Below, piece by piece: positions 10,341 to 19,404 of a stretch of DNA of 64,000 nucleotides. The position numbers and the translations under genes are program-made. The notes under the pieces are model-generated. The model ran no database searches and was not told where the DNA came from. It saw only the letters and a program-made list of their open reading frames with translations. Origin of the DNA: a virus. The DNA lies in the IMG/VR virus record IMGVR_UViG_3300008116_003012, positions 55,007 through 119,006 of that record; one strand, 5' to 3'. Position 1 is the stretch's first letter, and every line of letters starts with the position of its first letter.

Positions 10341-11351
10341 TTGTTTAGCCTGCTGATGTAGGCTAAAACTGGCAATATTTTTGCCTTTGCTTTCACACAT
10401 GATATCATGTGTACCCAAAAAGCTCAGTGCCCATTCGTTCACTGCTGTATTCCAGTAGAAGTTTGAATGTGCTCTGAGCTTTTGTTTTTTGTGCCCAGCT
10501 TCTAGCAATGCTGTATAAGCAGGTAGTGTTTTATCGCAATGTCCTGGCAACCATTCTTCACGACTGACTGAATAATGTACTACAGGACGAACGCCGCGCC
10601 AAGAGTCAATTACACGTAGAACTCTATCGTCGGAGGGTTGAATGTAGTCTCCTGTACGGACCCAGTGATGGTGTATATCAAGCACGAGGGCGCAATGCTT
10701 TTGCAGTTCGAGACTGCTTTCGATTCCCCATGCGTTTTCGTCATTTTCGATGGTAATGCAGTTTCTTGCTTCTGGAGTGAGTCGTGAAAGAGCGTCGATG
10801 ATACCGGCTGGACCTCTTCGACCCGAGATGTGGACATTGATTTTAAAGTCCTGAAACGATTTACCAAATCCCATCCATCGGGCCATATCCACATGATATT
10901 CAAATTCCTCAATAGATCGATTTACAATATCATCTGACTCAGATGCCAACACGCAAAACTGCCCAGGATGCATACTAAGCCGAACACCCATCTTGCGAGC
11001 CAAATCGCCCACGGTTCCAAAGTGCTTTTCTGCATAGGCTCTAACATCGGATAGCCCATAGAAGAACTTCCAGCTAGGCTCAGTGTATACAGGAAGTATA
11101 TCGCTGCTGAGTCGTACCATTCTAAGATTTTCATCAAGTGCTCCTACACGTTCTACCAGCTTGCGAACAGCTTCAATGTTACCTTTCATTAGGTCCCATA
11201 GTTTTTCTTCAGCTACGCTCTGGCTCTGTCTATTTAACCAACTGACAGTAGTACTGCCAGTATTATACTGTTTAGCATCATCTTTGGGTTTAATACCGTT
11301 AACTTGATCAGGAGTGTCAATCCACTTGCAAGCAAAACCAATACGCTTCAT
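10326..11351 (-). CDS. uvsE: UV DNA damage endonuclease
   Basis: RIGFACK, RLSSD, RLSMHPGQF, IENDE, LDIHHH, HYS and RAHS motifs of the UvsE/UVDE TIM-barrel family. Confidence 0.92.
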   Translation of the reverse strand: MKRIGFACKWIDTPDQVNGIKPKDDAKQYNTGSTTVSWLNRQSQSVAEEKLWDLMKGNIEAVRKLVERVGALDENLRMVRLSSDILPVYTEPSWKFFYGLSDVRAYAEKHFGTVGDLARKMGVRLSMHPGQFCVLASESDDIVNRSIEEFEYHVDMARWMGFGKSFQDFKINVHISGRRGPAGIIDALSRLTPEARNCITIENDENAWGIESSLELQKHCALVLDIHHHWVRTGDYIQPSDDRVLRVIDSWRGVRPVVHYSVSREEWLPGHCDKTLPAYTALLEAGHKKQKLRAHSNFYWNTAVNEWALSFLGTHDIMCESKGKNIASFSLHQQAKQLNLL

Positions 11352-11382
11352 AAAAATTAATCAAATAAAAAGGACATAATGT

Positions 11383-11411
11383 ATTATAACATCTATGTCC
11401 TTTTAAGTCAA
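11383..11411 (-). promoter_or_regulatory. sigma70-type promoter TTGACT-17-TATAAT (extended -10) upstream of uvsE, embedded in an inverted repeat
   Basis: -35 at 11411-11406, -10 at 11388-11383, flanked by the AAAAGGACATA...TATGTCCTTTT inverted repeat. Confidence 0.8.
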
Positions 11412-12596
11412 TCAATCTACTAGCCGAACTAGTTTCATTGCAGTAGCAGGACTCAGTGTCCAACCTAGGTGCCCATGTCCTGTATGATAATAGACATCGG
11501 GTGTGTTAGATGCCTGCACTATGGGCATCATGTTTGGAGTCATAGGCCGTAAGCAAGCCCAACTTGAATAGTCACTAGTATTAATTTTTGGAAAGTTTTC
11601 ATGAACCCAATTTAACAAAGGTTCAATTCGATCTCTGCGTATGTCATAATTTTCGCCTGCAAGTTCCGCAGTGCCTGCAACACGGAAACGATTGCCTAAT
11701 GTGCTGGTAACAATCTTAGCTTGATCATCTAGTAGACTAACTTTAGGCACATGCCGCATGTCTTCTTCTTGAATATTGATAGTGATACTATATCCCTTGA
11801 CTGGGTATATAGGCAAACTATCTCCGAACATACTAGCAATCTTTACGGATCCAACACCTGCGGAAACTACTACAGTGTCAAACTGATCGAATAAGTCTTG
11901 AGAAAAACTGCTGTTTATTTCTAAGTCAAAAATAAACTCTACACCATATTTCTTTTCTAATACGTTTGACAGTTCAATGCAGAATTTGTGTATGTCTCCA
12001 GTCCAATCGCTAGGAGTCCATGCACCGCCTATTACATCTTCTAAGTCTCCAAGTGCGGGATCTAAACTAGTAGCTTGTAATGGACTTAGCATATTCCATT
12101 CGCAACCGTAGGCATTATACAGTTCTTTTACATCGTGAGCATTCTGTAGGTACTGCGGATCTTTATAGAAGTGCAATATGCCGCAGTAACTTTGATCAAA
12201 CGCAAGACCTTCTTCCTCTATAATTTGTTTGTAGAGTTTTCTAGATTCGATACCTAATCTAATAGTTTCAGCAGTGTTTCTGGCATAGTCACCTTTAACA
12301 GTATTCCAGAGAAAACTAGTCATCCATTTGATCTTGCTAATGCTAGGGGTAGGACGAATCAGTAACGGAGCATCTTTTTGAAACATCCATTTCATACCTT
12401 TCCAAACATTGCTCCAAGTAGTCCATGTTTCACTGTTGCTGACAGAAACTTGTCCACCGTTGGCAAAGCTAGTACGCATAGCAGGATGACGCTCTTGTTC
12501 AAGTACAGTGACCTTGTGACCTGCCCGTGCTAGATAATAGGCTGCTAATATGCCTGTAATGCCTGCACCAATTACTGCTATTGATCTATTAGTCAT
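11412..12596 (-). CDS. dadA: D-amino acid dehydrogenase / FAD-dependent oxidoreductase
   Basis: GAGITG Rossmann motif, TSFANGGQ, PVKGYSIT, WACLRPMTP and TGHGHLGWT, all typical of DadA. Confidence 0.85.
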   Translation of the reverse strand: MTNRSIAVIGAGITGILAAYYLARAGHKVTVLEQERHPAMRTSFANGGQVSVSNSETWTTWSNVWKGMKWMFQKDAPLLIRPTPSISKIKWMTSFLWNTVKGDYARNTAETIRLGIESRKLYKQIIEEEGLAFDQSYCGILHFYKDPQYLQNAHDVKELYNAYGCEWNMLSPLQATSLDPALGDLEDVIGGAWTPSDWTGDIHKFCIELSNVLEKKYGVEFIFDLEINSSFSQDLFDQFDTVVVSAGVGSVKIASMFGDSLPIYPVKGYSITINIQEEDMRHVPKVSLLDDQAKIVTSTLGNRFRVAGTAELAGENYDIRRDRIEPLLNWVHENFPKINTSDYSSWACLRPMTPNMMPIVQASNTPDVYYHTGHGHLGWTLSPATAMKLVRLVD

Positions 12597-13247
12597 TTAA
12601 TACTTTCCGCTAGCCAATACAATTTTACAAATATGCTCTAGTCGTTCGATATGTTCATAGGCACGCCATGGTGAGGTATCAATTGCTACAACACCGTGTC
12701 CTTTAATACCTACAATATCATAGGCAATGTTGCCGTCTCGATCTAATTGTAATTGTTTGTGACATTGGTCCGCAAGCTCTTGACTTATAGGAGGTACATC
12801 TCCTACGTTAGGTGCTACCCGAGTATATCGATTGAGTTCTGGAAATGCGGCACTTACCGTACTCAAATCAATGCCGGCATGCATAGCCGCAATACAGTAA
12901 GTAGGATGCACATGTACTACTACACGGACTTCCCCTGTATGCTGTCCCATTTCTTTTTGTAAACCAAAATGTAATGGTAGCTCTCCACTGGGCTTTAGGT
13001 TGGCGCTGATCTCAGTGTAGGGCAATTCTTTAACTGCATGATACAGGCGAGGAGGTTGATCCCAGTATCCTTTCTCGATGCCAATCTTTTTAAATTGATC
13101 AGGTTGCAGTGTTTGTTTACGCACACCACTAGGTGTAATGTAAAAGTGATCCCTGTCGTGATGGCGAATACTTACATTACCATCACGACTTGTGATCCAG
13201 TTACGCTTATAAGCGTCAACCATTATATCGCAAATTGTTTCTAACAT
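12597..13247 (-). CDS. Class II aldolase/adducin family protein
   Basis: GNVSIR, ITPSG, PSGELPLH, VHVHP and HGVV zinc-binding motifs. Confidence 0.85.
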   Translation of the reverse strand: MLETICDIMVDAYKRNWITSRDGNVSIRHHDRDHFYITPSGVRKQTLQPDQFKKIGIEKGYWDQPPRLYHAVKELPYTEISANLKPSGELPLHFGLQKEMGQHTGEVRVVVHVHPTYCIAAMHAGIDLSTVSAAFPELNRYTRVAPNVGDVPPISQELADQCHKQLQLDRDGNIAYDIVGIKGHGVVAIDTSPWRAYEHIERLEHICKIVLASGKY

Positions 13248-13579
13248 TAATGATTTCTCTTCCCGTCAAATACGCAAACAAAGTAAAGATTATTAGATTT
13301 TGATTTGTTATGAACACGATGAAATGCACCGTCTGGAATTAATACAACGTCACCTTCTAAAACATTAAATCGCTTGTCGTCTATTTCTATCTCTCCTATA
13401 CCCAATACAAAATAATAAACTTCTTCTTGTCCCGGATGACTATGACCTCTAGTGCTTTGTCCTGCCTTTAAGTCAGTAGAACTTAGCACTAGATTGTTTA
13501 AAGTTTTATTATCTTTGAGCACATAGGTTTCGTTGTCTTTGACAATTTCCCCTCCTACATTGTATATGCTCAATTTCAT
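13247..13579 (-). CDS. Cupin domain protein
   Basis: GHSHPGQEEVYYF and GDVVLIPDGAFHRVHN cupin motifs; start moved to the ATG at 13579. Confidence 0.8.
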   Translation of the reverse strand: MKLSIYNVGGEIVKDNETYVLKDNKTLNNLVLSSTDLKAGQSTRGHSHPGQEEVYYFVLGIGEIEIDDKRFNVLEGDVVLIPDGAFHRVHNKSKSNNLYFVCVFDGKRNH

Positions 13580-13580
13580 A

Positions 13581-14108
13581 TTAGCCCTCGTAGATTGCCG
13601 AATTACCTGCGTGTTCAAACACTTCCGCTGACTTTAATCTAACACCCGCACCTACTGGATAGCGAGCTTCAAACACACGACCGTCAGGGTGTGTCCAACC
13701 GCGACCTTCTTGATATGCAGTTAGAATTTCGTTCATAGTCTTGTATACTAATTCAGCAAACATTTCGCAGCCTACACCATCTACAATGCGTAGATCAATG
13801 ATACCCATGTTTTTAAATCCGCCTTGGATTTTGTTTAGTTCTACAAATGTGCCACGTTCCGGATCGTCTTTGCCAATTACCAATGTATGGTCAAATTGCC
13901 ATTCACTCCATTCTTTAAATGCTTTTAATCCACCGAAGTCCATAACCCAATTACGATCATCTAGTGTTTCAGATTCAAAGATTAATTTGATACCAATTGA
14001 GTATCCGTGTAGCATAGAGCAATGACTATGTGTGCTTTTCCACTGTCTAAAACAGCATGAGAGTCCTCTATCGTTACCGTATGTTTTTGTTGAAAGATAT
14101 TTTGCCAT
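13581..14108 (-). CDS. queD: 6-carboxy-5,6,7,8-tetrahydropterin synthase (PTPS family)
   Basis: HCSMLHGYS, WVMDFGGLK, FDHT, GCE and EVFEH motifs; AGGAG SD. Confidence 0.85.
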   Translation of the reverse strand: MAKYLSTKTYGNDRGLSCCFRQWKSTHSHCSMLHGYSIGIKLIFESETLDDRNWVMDFGGLKAFKEWSEWQFDHTLVIGKDDPERGTFVELNKIQGGFKNMGIIDLRIVDGVGCEMFAELVYKTMNEILTAYQEGRGWTHPDGRVFEARYPVGAGVRLKSAEVFEHAGNSAIYEG

Positions 14109-14198
14109 CTCTAGTCTCCTTATGTATGAGCAAGTTTGACGACATGCAGAGTTTATAAAGCGGGATGAATGACGTTAAAGACCGCTATGATACTTATC
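14109..14198 (-). ncRNA. Candidate structured 5' leader (possible riboswitch) of queD
   Basis: GC-richer intergenic segment with an AGCGG/CCGCT stem (14186-14182 with 14163-14159) and possible loop pairing with downstream ATGTCGTC just ahead of the SD. Confidence 0.35.
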
Positions 14199-15374
14199 TC
14201 AAGCTACCTTGAGCAAGATAATTTCTTCGTTAATGCGTCCGTTCATCTTAGTGTCAGTTGCATTAATTTCGTCTAGAAACTTTCGCAGTGCAATTTTGCC
14301 AGCCGCTTTAAACTCTTTCAGTTTCTCTTCTGGCTTGCGAAGTGTCTTGCAAATGCTCTTAGTCTCATCAAAGCCTGTAATGGTAGTACCTTTGATGCCT
14401 AGTGTGTTAAACTCTGAGGCCACATACTTGCCCAACTTACGGCTCTTGGTGTTGTAAATCCAAAGTTCGCCTGCGCCAATAATGTCAACAGGATTAACAC
14501 TAACAAGTTTCAAAGGTTCGTTAGTCTTCATGAACTTGAGTTTAGCAACCAACTTGTCCTTAGGCACTGCCTTGGTCTTACGAGGCGCACGATTGACTTT
14601 GGCTTCTTGCATCAACATTGTGCAGGCAGTTTGAATCTCAGTTAAGAAGATAATAAAATTCTTAATCTGTTTGCGGCTACGATGCTTGTATGCTTCTTTA
14701 AGTTGCTCGTCTGCCGAACCACTGGCCAGTTCTTCAAGTTCTGCCAAATCTCGAGCGTAGAAGTCACGAATGATACGTGCGTGAGCAGCCTTTGCGCCTT
14801 TGCCTTTCAGCAAGTTCAGCATCTTAAATGCTTTAGGATCAAAGTTTTCTGGATCATTCTGAAAGTTTTGATACGCTTCTTCAATCTCTTCTGTCATCAA
14901 CATGGCAGCATCACGTACTCGTTCTTGAATAGTGACAACAGGACCTGTAGGCTTTGCTTCTACAACAACACCGCTTTCGTCAATGTCGTCTTTGCCTTCG
15001 TCGATAATTTTAGCAATCTCAGAACCTAACCAAGTGGCAGTGTCGCGACCTTTGTTAAAGTCAGGACGATTACTTTGCATACCACGAAGCAGACAAGCGG
15101 CAACTGCACCGACTGTCATGCCGCAACGATTATCTTTTGTTTTCTTAAAACTTTGAACAGTCTTTTTGTCGTAACCGTTCTTGTTCATCCACTCGATGAC
15201 TTTAACTTTGAGTTCTTTACCGCTAGACTCCATTCGGTAGTATTGCATAGCACCGTGAAAATAACGAAGAAACTTAGTTTCATCCCAAGTTTCGCAACCT
15301 GTCCAATCTGGACTATAGTCACGTTTAGCTTTTTCGCGGATTGCAATAGATGCTTTTTTAAGTTTAGTTGCCAT
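14199..15374 (-). CDS. Hypothetical early phage protein
   Basis: 391-aa Lys-rich ORF with AGGAG SD and a consensus sigma70 promoter upstream. Confidence 0.7.
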   Translation of the reverse strand: MATKLKKASIAIREKAKRDYSPDWTGCETWDETKFLRYFHGAMQYYRMESSGKELKVKVIEWMNKNGYDKKTVQSFKKTKDNRCGMTVGAVAACLLRGMQSNRPDFNKGRDTATWLGSEIAKIIDEGKDDIDESGVVVEAKPTGPVVTIQERVRDAAMLMTEEIEEAYQNFQNDPENFDPKAFKMLNLLKGKGAKAAHARIIRDFYARDLAELEELASGSADEQLKEAYKHRSRKQIKNFIIFLTEIQTACTMLMQEAKVNRAPRKTKAVPKDKLVAKLKFMKTNEPLKLVSVNPVDIIGAGELWIYNTKSRKLGKYVASEFNTLGIKGTTITGFDETKSICKTLRKPEEKLKEFKAAGKIALRKFLDEINATDTKMNGRINEEIILLKVA

Positions 15375-15403
15375 TAGGCGCTCCTGTGTTAAACAATACT
15401 TAT

Positions 15404-15432
15404 ATTATAACATCAAAATAGTGCTGTGTCAA
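15404..15432 (-). promoter_or_regulatory. Consensus sigma70 promoter TTGACA-17-TATAAT
   Basis: -35 at 15432-15427, -10 at 15409-15404, TG extension. Confidence 0.85.
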
Positions 15433-16274
15433 GTCCAAAGACTGCCACGAATTTTAACCAAACGGCATAACATTTCGGTATCTTCTTGCTCGTATGCTTG
15501 CTCAATTTCATGAGTTTTGGCTAGAGCAGTGTCGCCCAAAGCACGTAATTCTGGATTCTTGCTTTCTTTCATAAAACTCAATCCAGTGTCGCCGTGTTCT
15601 TGACGCTTGCGTTCGCAGTACTCTGACCAGCCGCTGGCATCGTGCGGATCTGGACGATTTGGATAAACTTCCGTCCACCATTTGTACAAAGCCAAAATTT
15701 CCAAAGCTCGTTCAGCTTGCGGAGTAGGTTGTCCAATATGCGGGTCTCCAGTTTCAAAACCTTCGTCTTCTCCCCAGCGAAGTTTGCTTTGCCAATCTAA
15801 GTTATCTAGACCTGCCTGCGGACAACGCCAAGTTCTCCAACGCCACCAACCAGTAGCCCAGAATGGAGCATTGTATTTTGCCTTTTCTTCTTTGTCAGCC
15901 CAAGCAATGTGCCACCAGGCTAGTTCAACTTCGACGAATTCAACAAGTTCGTTGAATAGGCAAGGGAGGAACCGGTTGCCCACGTCGCACCAGTTACCGG
16001 GCTTGATGTCACGAGGGTGAGCGGTAAGACTATGAGTGCGAGTAACCCAACGGTTATTAATATAGTACTTAATAGCATGTAATGTATCCGTAGGCCAGTA
16101 TACGACCTTTTGTAAGTAATCGAGTCCTTCTTCTGCTAACCAGTAACGAAAGCTGTGTTTCATTTGGGCCGCAGTAGTCCATTCATCCCAACCTTCAGCA
16201 GTCTTGGCTCCGCCCTTAGCGGTACCTCGAAGCCAGTCAGCGAACTTTGAGTTGGTCCAATAGTGGTTACGCAT
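15429..16274 (-). CDS. Hypothetical Trp-rich phage protein
   Basis: 281-aa ORF, translationally coupled to the upstream gene. Confidence 0.7.
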   Translation of the reverse strand: MRNHYWTNSKFADWLRGTAKGGAKTAEGWDEWTTAAQMKHSFRYWLAEEGLDYLQKVVYWPTDTLHAIKYYINNRWVTRTHSLTAHPRDIKPGNWCDVGNRFLPCLFNELVEFVEVELAWWHIAWADKEEKAKYNAPFWATGWWRWRTWRCPQAGLDNLDWQSKLRWGEDEGFETGDPHIGQPTPQAERALEILALYKWWTEVYPNRPDPHDASGWSEYCERKRQEHGDTGLSFMKESKNPELRALGDTALAKTHEIEQAYEQEDTEMLCRLVKIRGSLWT

Positions 16275-16717
16275 TATAGTTTCTCGTATGTTTGTTTAAA
16301 AATATCTAACTTAACTACACCGTAGTCGTTTTCACCGTGACGAACAATAACATCTTCGTCTGGATTATAGTGTAACTTCTCACCCCATGATGTGTCAACA
16401 CTTCCAGAGTGATCTGCTAGTTTAGCCACTTTGATAATCTTCTTTGGTGTGCAAACACTGTTGCCTAAATCATCTTTAAGATCGTTAAACTTCTCTGGAC
16501 TGATAGGATACTGTTCACCTTTAGGTCCAGTCATGATATAGAATCCTTTTGGATACTTAACTGGACCTTCAAGAGTGTCAATGGTGCCAGGCTCGTTGGC
16601 AATCTCATAACGCTCTTTGGCAGGACGTTTGTAAGTTTTAAATCCACCGTCCTTGAACCATTCGTCGTTAATGCCCTTGCCCATTCCTTCTACAATATTG
16701 ATAAACTCTCGAATCAT
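16274..16717 (-). CDS. PGDYG-like domain protein
   Basis: TLEGPVKYPKGFYIMTGPKGEQYPISPEKF plus a second degenerate copy (TSWGEKL...GENDYGVVKLDIFKQTYE); start moved to ATG 16717. Confidence 0.6.
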   Translation of the reverse strand: MIREFINIVEGMGKGINDEWFKDGGFKTYKRPAKERYEIANEPGTIDTLEGPVKYPKGFYIMTGPKGEQYPISPEKFNDLKDDLGNSVCTPKKIIKVAKLADHSGSVDTSWGEKLHYNPDEDVIVRHGENDYGVVKLDIFKQTYEKL

Positions 16718-16718
16718 T

Positions 16719-17390
16719 TTATTTTCTTTCGCCAAACAGTTGTAACAAGTTTAAAAACAAGTTAATGAAGTTAAGGTATAGTGTCAATGCACCTGCAACT
16801 TCGCCATTGCCAATTTGATCATAACTGAGCATTTCTCGAATACGCTGTGTGTCGTAAGCAGTAAGACCAAGGAAGATGATAATAGCCAATGCTGAGATTA
16901 CCATTTGAAATACAGTACTACCGATAAAGATGTTAATAATGCTAGCAATGATAATTGCAATCAATCCAACAAACAATAAACTGCCTAGTTCAGATAGATC
17001 CTTTTTAGTAAAGTATCCATAAAAACTCATAACTCCAAATAATACTGCGGCACCCATAAAGGCTGTAACAATACTGCCCATATTGTAAACTACAAAGATT
17101 GTAGCAAAACTTAGACCCATTAGTGCGGCAAATCCGTATAGCAAGAAGTATGCTACAGATTTACTCACTTTCTCCAAAGCAAAACTAATACCAAACACTA
17201 ATACTAGAGGTGCAAAAATTACTAACCATTTCATTGCACCAGTAAAGAAAAATGTCATCAGTGCCGCATTGGTTCCTACAAAATGACTGACTAGCATAGA
17301 AACAATAACTGCTAATCCCATATTTTTATAAACGCCAGCCATTGCTGTATTAATAGCACTAGCGTCTCGATAATTTGCTGTTGTGTACAT
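16719..17390 (-). CDS. Bax inhibitor-1/YccA family membrane protein
   Basis: About 7 hydrophobic helices; TKKDLS, LTAYDTQRI and GALTLYLNFINLF signature. Confidence 0.9.
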   Translation of the reverse strand: MYTTANYRDASAINTAMAGVYKNMGLAVIVSMLVSHFVGTNAALMTFFFTGAMKWLVIFAPLVLVFGISFALEKVSKSVAYFLLYGFAALMGLSFATIFVVYNMGSIVTAFMGAAVLFGVMSFYGYFTKKDLSELGSLLFVGLIAIIIASIINIFIGSTVFQMVISALAIIIFLGLTAYDTQRIREMLSYDQIGNGEVAGALTLYLNFINLFLNLLQLFGERK

Positions 17391-17400
17391 AAAGTTCTCC

Positions 17401-17583
17401 TTATCCTTTATTTAATACGATTTTAAATCGTTGTTCAAAAGCTGGTGCAAGGCAGCTATAAGTTTGTTGAGTAAACGTATTAGTATAAAAGACCCAAGTC
17501 CTTCCGTCTAACTCTCTTACATCATCTACATAAAACTCTGTACGGTTATCCCCTGTCCATACTTGGTGTCTTTCTATTTTCAT
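17401..17583 (-). CDS. Hypothetical protein (60 aa)
   Basis: ATG 17583 overlaps the upstream stop (ATGA). Confidence 0.55.
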   Translation of the reverse strand: MKIERHQVWTGDNRTEFYVDDVRELDGRTWVFYTNTFTQQTYSCLAPAFEQRFKIVLNKG

Positions 17584-17804
17584 CTTAATGCGTCCATTGT
17601 TAATTCTTTGCCGTAAACATGTGCTACAGGTTTGAGCCATCCTCGATCAATACAGGTAGCAATAATCTGTCGATATTCTCGTGGGCAGTGTTCATTAATT
17701 TCAAATCCTGCCCTAGGGCATATCACTAAACCGTCGTTGAGCATAAACTTACTATCACCTTGTCTCACTGTTCGTATTTTTGATACTTGTTGAATAAATT
17801 TCAT
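17580..17804 (-). CDS. Hypothetical protein
   Basis: 74-aa ORF with ATGA overlaps on both sides. Confidence 0.65.
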   Translation of the reverse strand: MKFIQQVSKIRTVRQGDSKFMLNDGLVICPRAGFEINEHCPREYRQIIATCIDRGWLKPVAHVYGKELTMDALR

Positions 17805-18019
17805 CGTAGTGCCTCAAGTGTTTGTTGTTTGGCTTCTTCTTTAACTTCTTGATTATGAATAGTTTGAAGTCCTCGGAACATGTCTTCAATTACATGTATG
17901 ATAGCATCTTTGCCTTCTTCAGTCAAATGACTATACTCCGGACTGACAGAACTTTCGTGCCAAACACTTTTGTTCCGACTGAGTTCTAACAAGGCACCAT
18001 AAACAATGTCCTTGTTCAT
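17801..18019 (-). CDS. Hypothetical protein (72 aa)
   Basis: Start MNKDIVYG at 18019, just after the ligase stop. The longer ORF call overlaps the ligase and is rejected. Confidence 0.6.
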   Translation of the reverse strand: MNKDIVYGALLELSRNKSVWHESSVSPEYSHLTEEGKDAIIHVIEDMFRGLQTIHNQEVKEEAKQQTLEALR

Positions 18020-18032
18020 ACTTCGTCGCAGA

Positions 18033-19346
18033 TTAAATTTTTTCGCCATGATCAAAGCCTCGGAAACGGAGGAACCGCGGAAAGCGTAGAGAATAAGTAC
18101 CATCTTGGTTTTGCGTGATAGCGTCTGCACGGACTTCCACAATGTCGCCCACAATCTTATCACGGGCGGCCCAAAAAGCAATACGCTGATCATCAGTAAA
18201 CCCAGAACCAACATTGACCAAAATCCTACGTCCGTCATCTTCGCCTTCACAAACTAACGCACCTAAGCGTCCAATATTTTTACCAGTACCTTCTTCAACT
18301 GCGGTTACAGTTAGACTCACTTCAATAAATGGCTTTAACTTGAGCCATGCCACTGAACGTTTGCACTTGTAACCTGCGTTGGCGTCTTTCAACATAATGC
18401 CTTCATAGCCGCCAGCAATGGCCAGAGCGTTAATTTCTTTATAACGCTTTTGTCCGGCAGCAGTGTCTAAGTCTACAGTTTCTTGCGCCACAACTGTTAC
18501 ATTGGGCAGTACAGATTCATTAGCTGTAAACCAAGTCTTGAGCCATTCACTCCGTGCTTCTTGTGTAGTAGCACTTTCGCCAGTTTCAAACTCAGCCAAC
18601 GGCAATGCATCAAACAAGTTAAGAACAGCATCGTTAGCCTTTGCACTACTCTTGCGGTGAATCTGCTTCATCAAATCTTGAAATGTCCCGCTCATGATCT
18701 CACCGTCAAGCACCATAGGCTCAGTAAAGCCCTTGGCAATTTTTGCCAACTGTTCTTTGACATGAGGAAAGTTTACCAGCTCTTTGCCATTGCGACTAAA
18801 CTGATCAACACGACCATCCGGGTAGACAATTGTAATAACTCGTACACCGTCCAGTTTAACTTCAATGATCTTTTTACCTACGACTTTGCTTTCATGATTG
18901 GCACTGTCGTGTGCAAGCTGACAACTAAACACAGGAACGCTATAGTGGACATAATCTTTTTCCGTTACACGATTGATTGTTGCTTCGCTGAATCCTGCTC
19001 GCATGTCTTTAATAAGAATGCGTCGGTACCATCCATTCCATTGTGCCTTAGTGGCTGTCTTCATCAAGTTAGCAACAGTGTCACGGGCAAGGTTGCCGGT
19101 GAGTGAGCGATTAACAAAGCCAGTAACAATGAGGCTAAAACTATCCCAATCCAAACCAGGCCCATCTTCATCTTTTTTCTCCGGGATCTGTTTCAATCCA
19201 AAGGTGATCATAGAGTCCAATGCCAATCGACACCCGTCGAAAAACTCTGTGTTGCCTGCCACTGCTTCTTTTAGCACTTCGGCTTCTTTAGCCAAACGAC
19301 TGTTATCTGCTTCAATGGCTGCGATTACTTCCCAAGGTTTACGCAT
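18033..19346 (-). CDS. ATP-dependent DNA ligase
   Basis: Motif I EVKLDGVR, LDGEI, EGIMLK, WLKLKP, OB-fold VGSGF and SLRFPRF. Confidence 0.95.
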   Translation of the reverse strand: MRKPWEVIAAIEADNSRLAKEAEVLKEAVAGNTEFFDGCRLALDSMITFGLKQIPEKKDEDGPGLDWDSFSLIVTGFVNRSLTGNLARDTVANLMKTATKAQWNGWYRRILIKDMRAGFSEATINRVTEKDYVHYSVPVFSCQLAHDSANHESKVVGKKIIEVKLDGVRVITIVYPDGRVDQFSRNGKELVNFPHVKEQLAKIAKGFTEPMVLDGEIMSGTFQDLMKQIHRKSSAKANDAVLNLFDALPLAEFETGESATTQEARSEWLKTWFTANESVLPNVTVVAQETVDLDTAAGQKRYKEINALAIAGGYEGIMLKDANAGYKCKRSVAWLKLKPFIEVSLTVTAVEEGTGKNIGRLGALVCEGEDDGRRILVNVGSGFTDDQRIAFWAARDKIVGDIVEVRADAITQNQDGTYSLRFPRFLRFRGFDHGEKI

Positions 19347-19375
19347 TTAAACTCCTAATCTTTTACAATGCTTGT

Positions 19376-19404
19376 ATTGTAACATCAAAAGTTTAGTAAG
19401 TCAA
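19376..19404 (-). promoter_or_regulatory. sigma70-type promoter TTGACT-17-TACAAT upstream of the ligase
   Basis: -35 at 19404-19399, -10 at 19381-19376; shares TTTTGATGTTA with the 15404 promoter. Confidence 0.75.

Noticed and set aside
14109-14198. tRNA or canonical preQ1-I riboswitch
   Set aside because: There is no cloverleaf or T-loop, and no recognisable preQ1-I consensus with its A-rich tail. It is kept only as a novel candidate.
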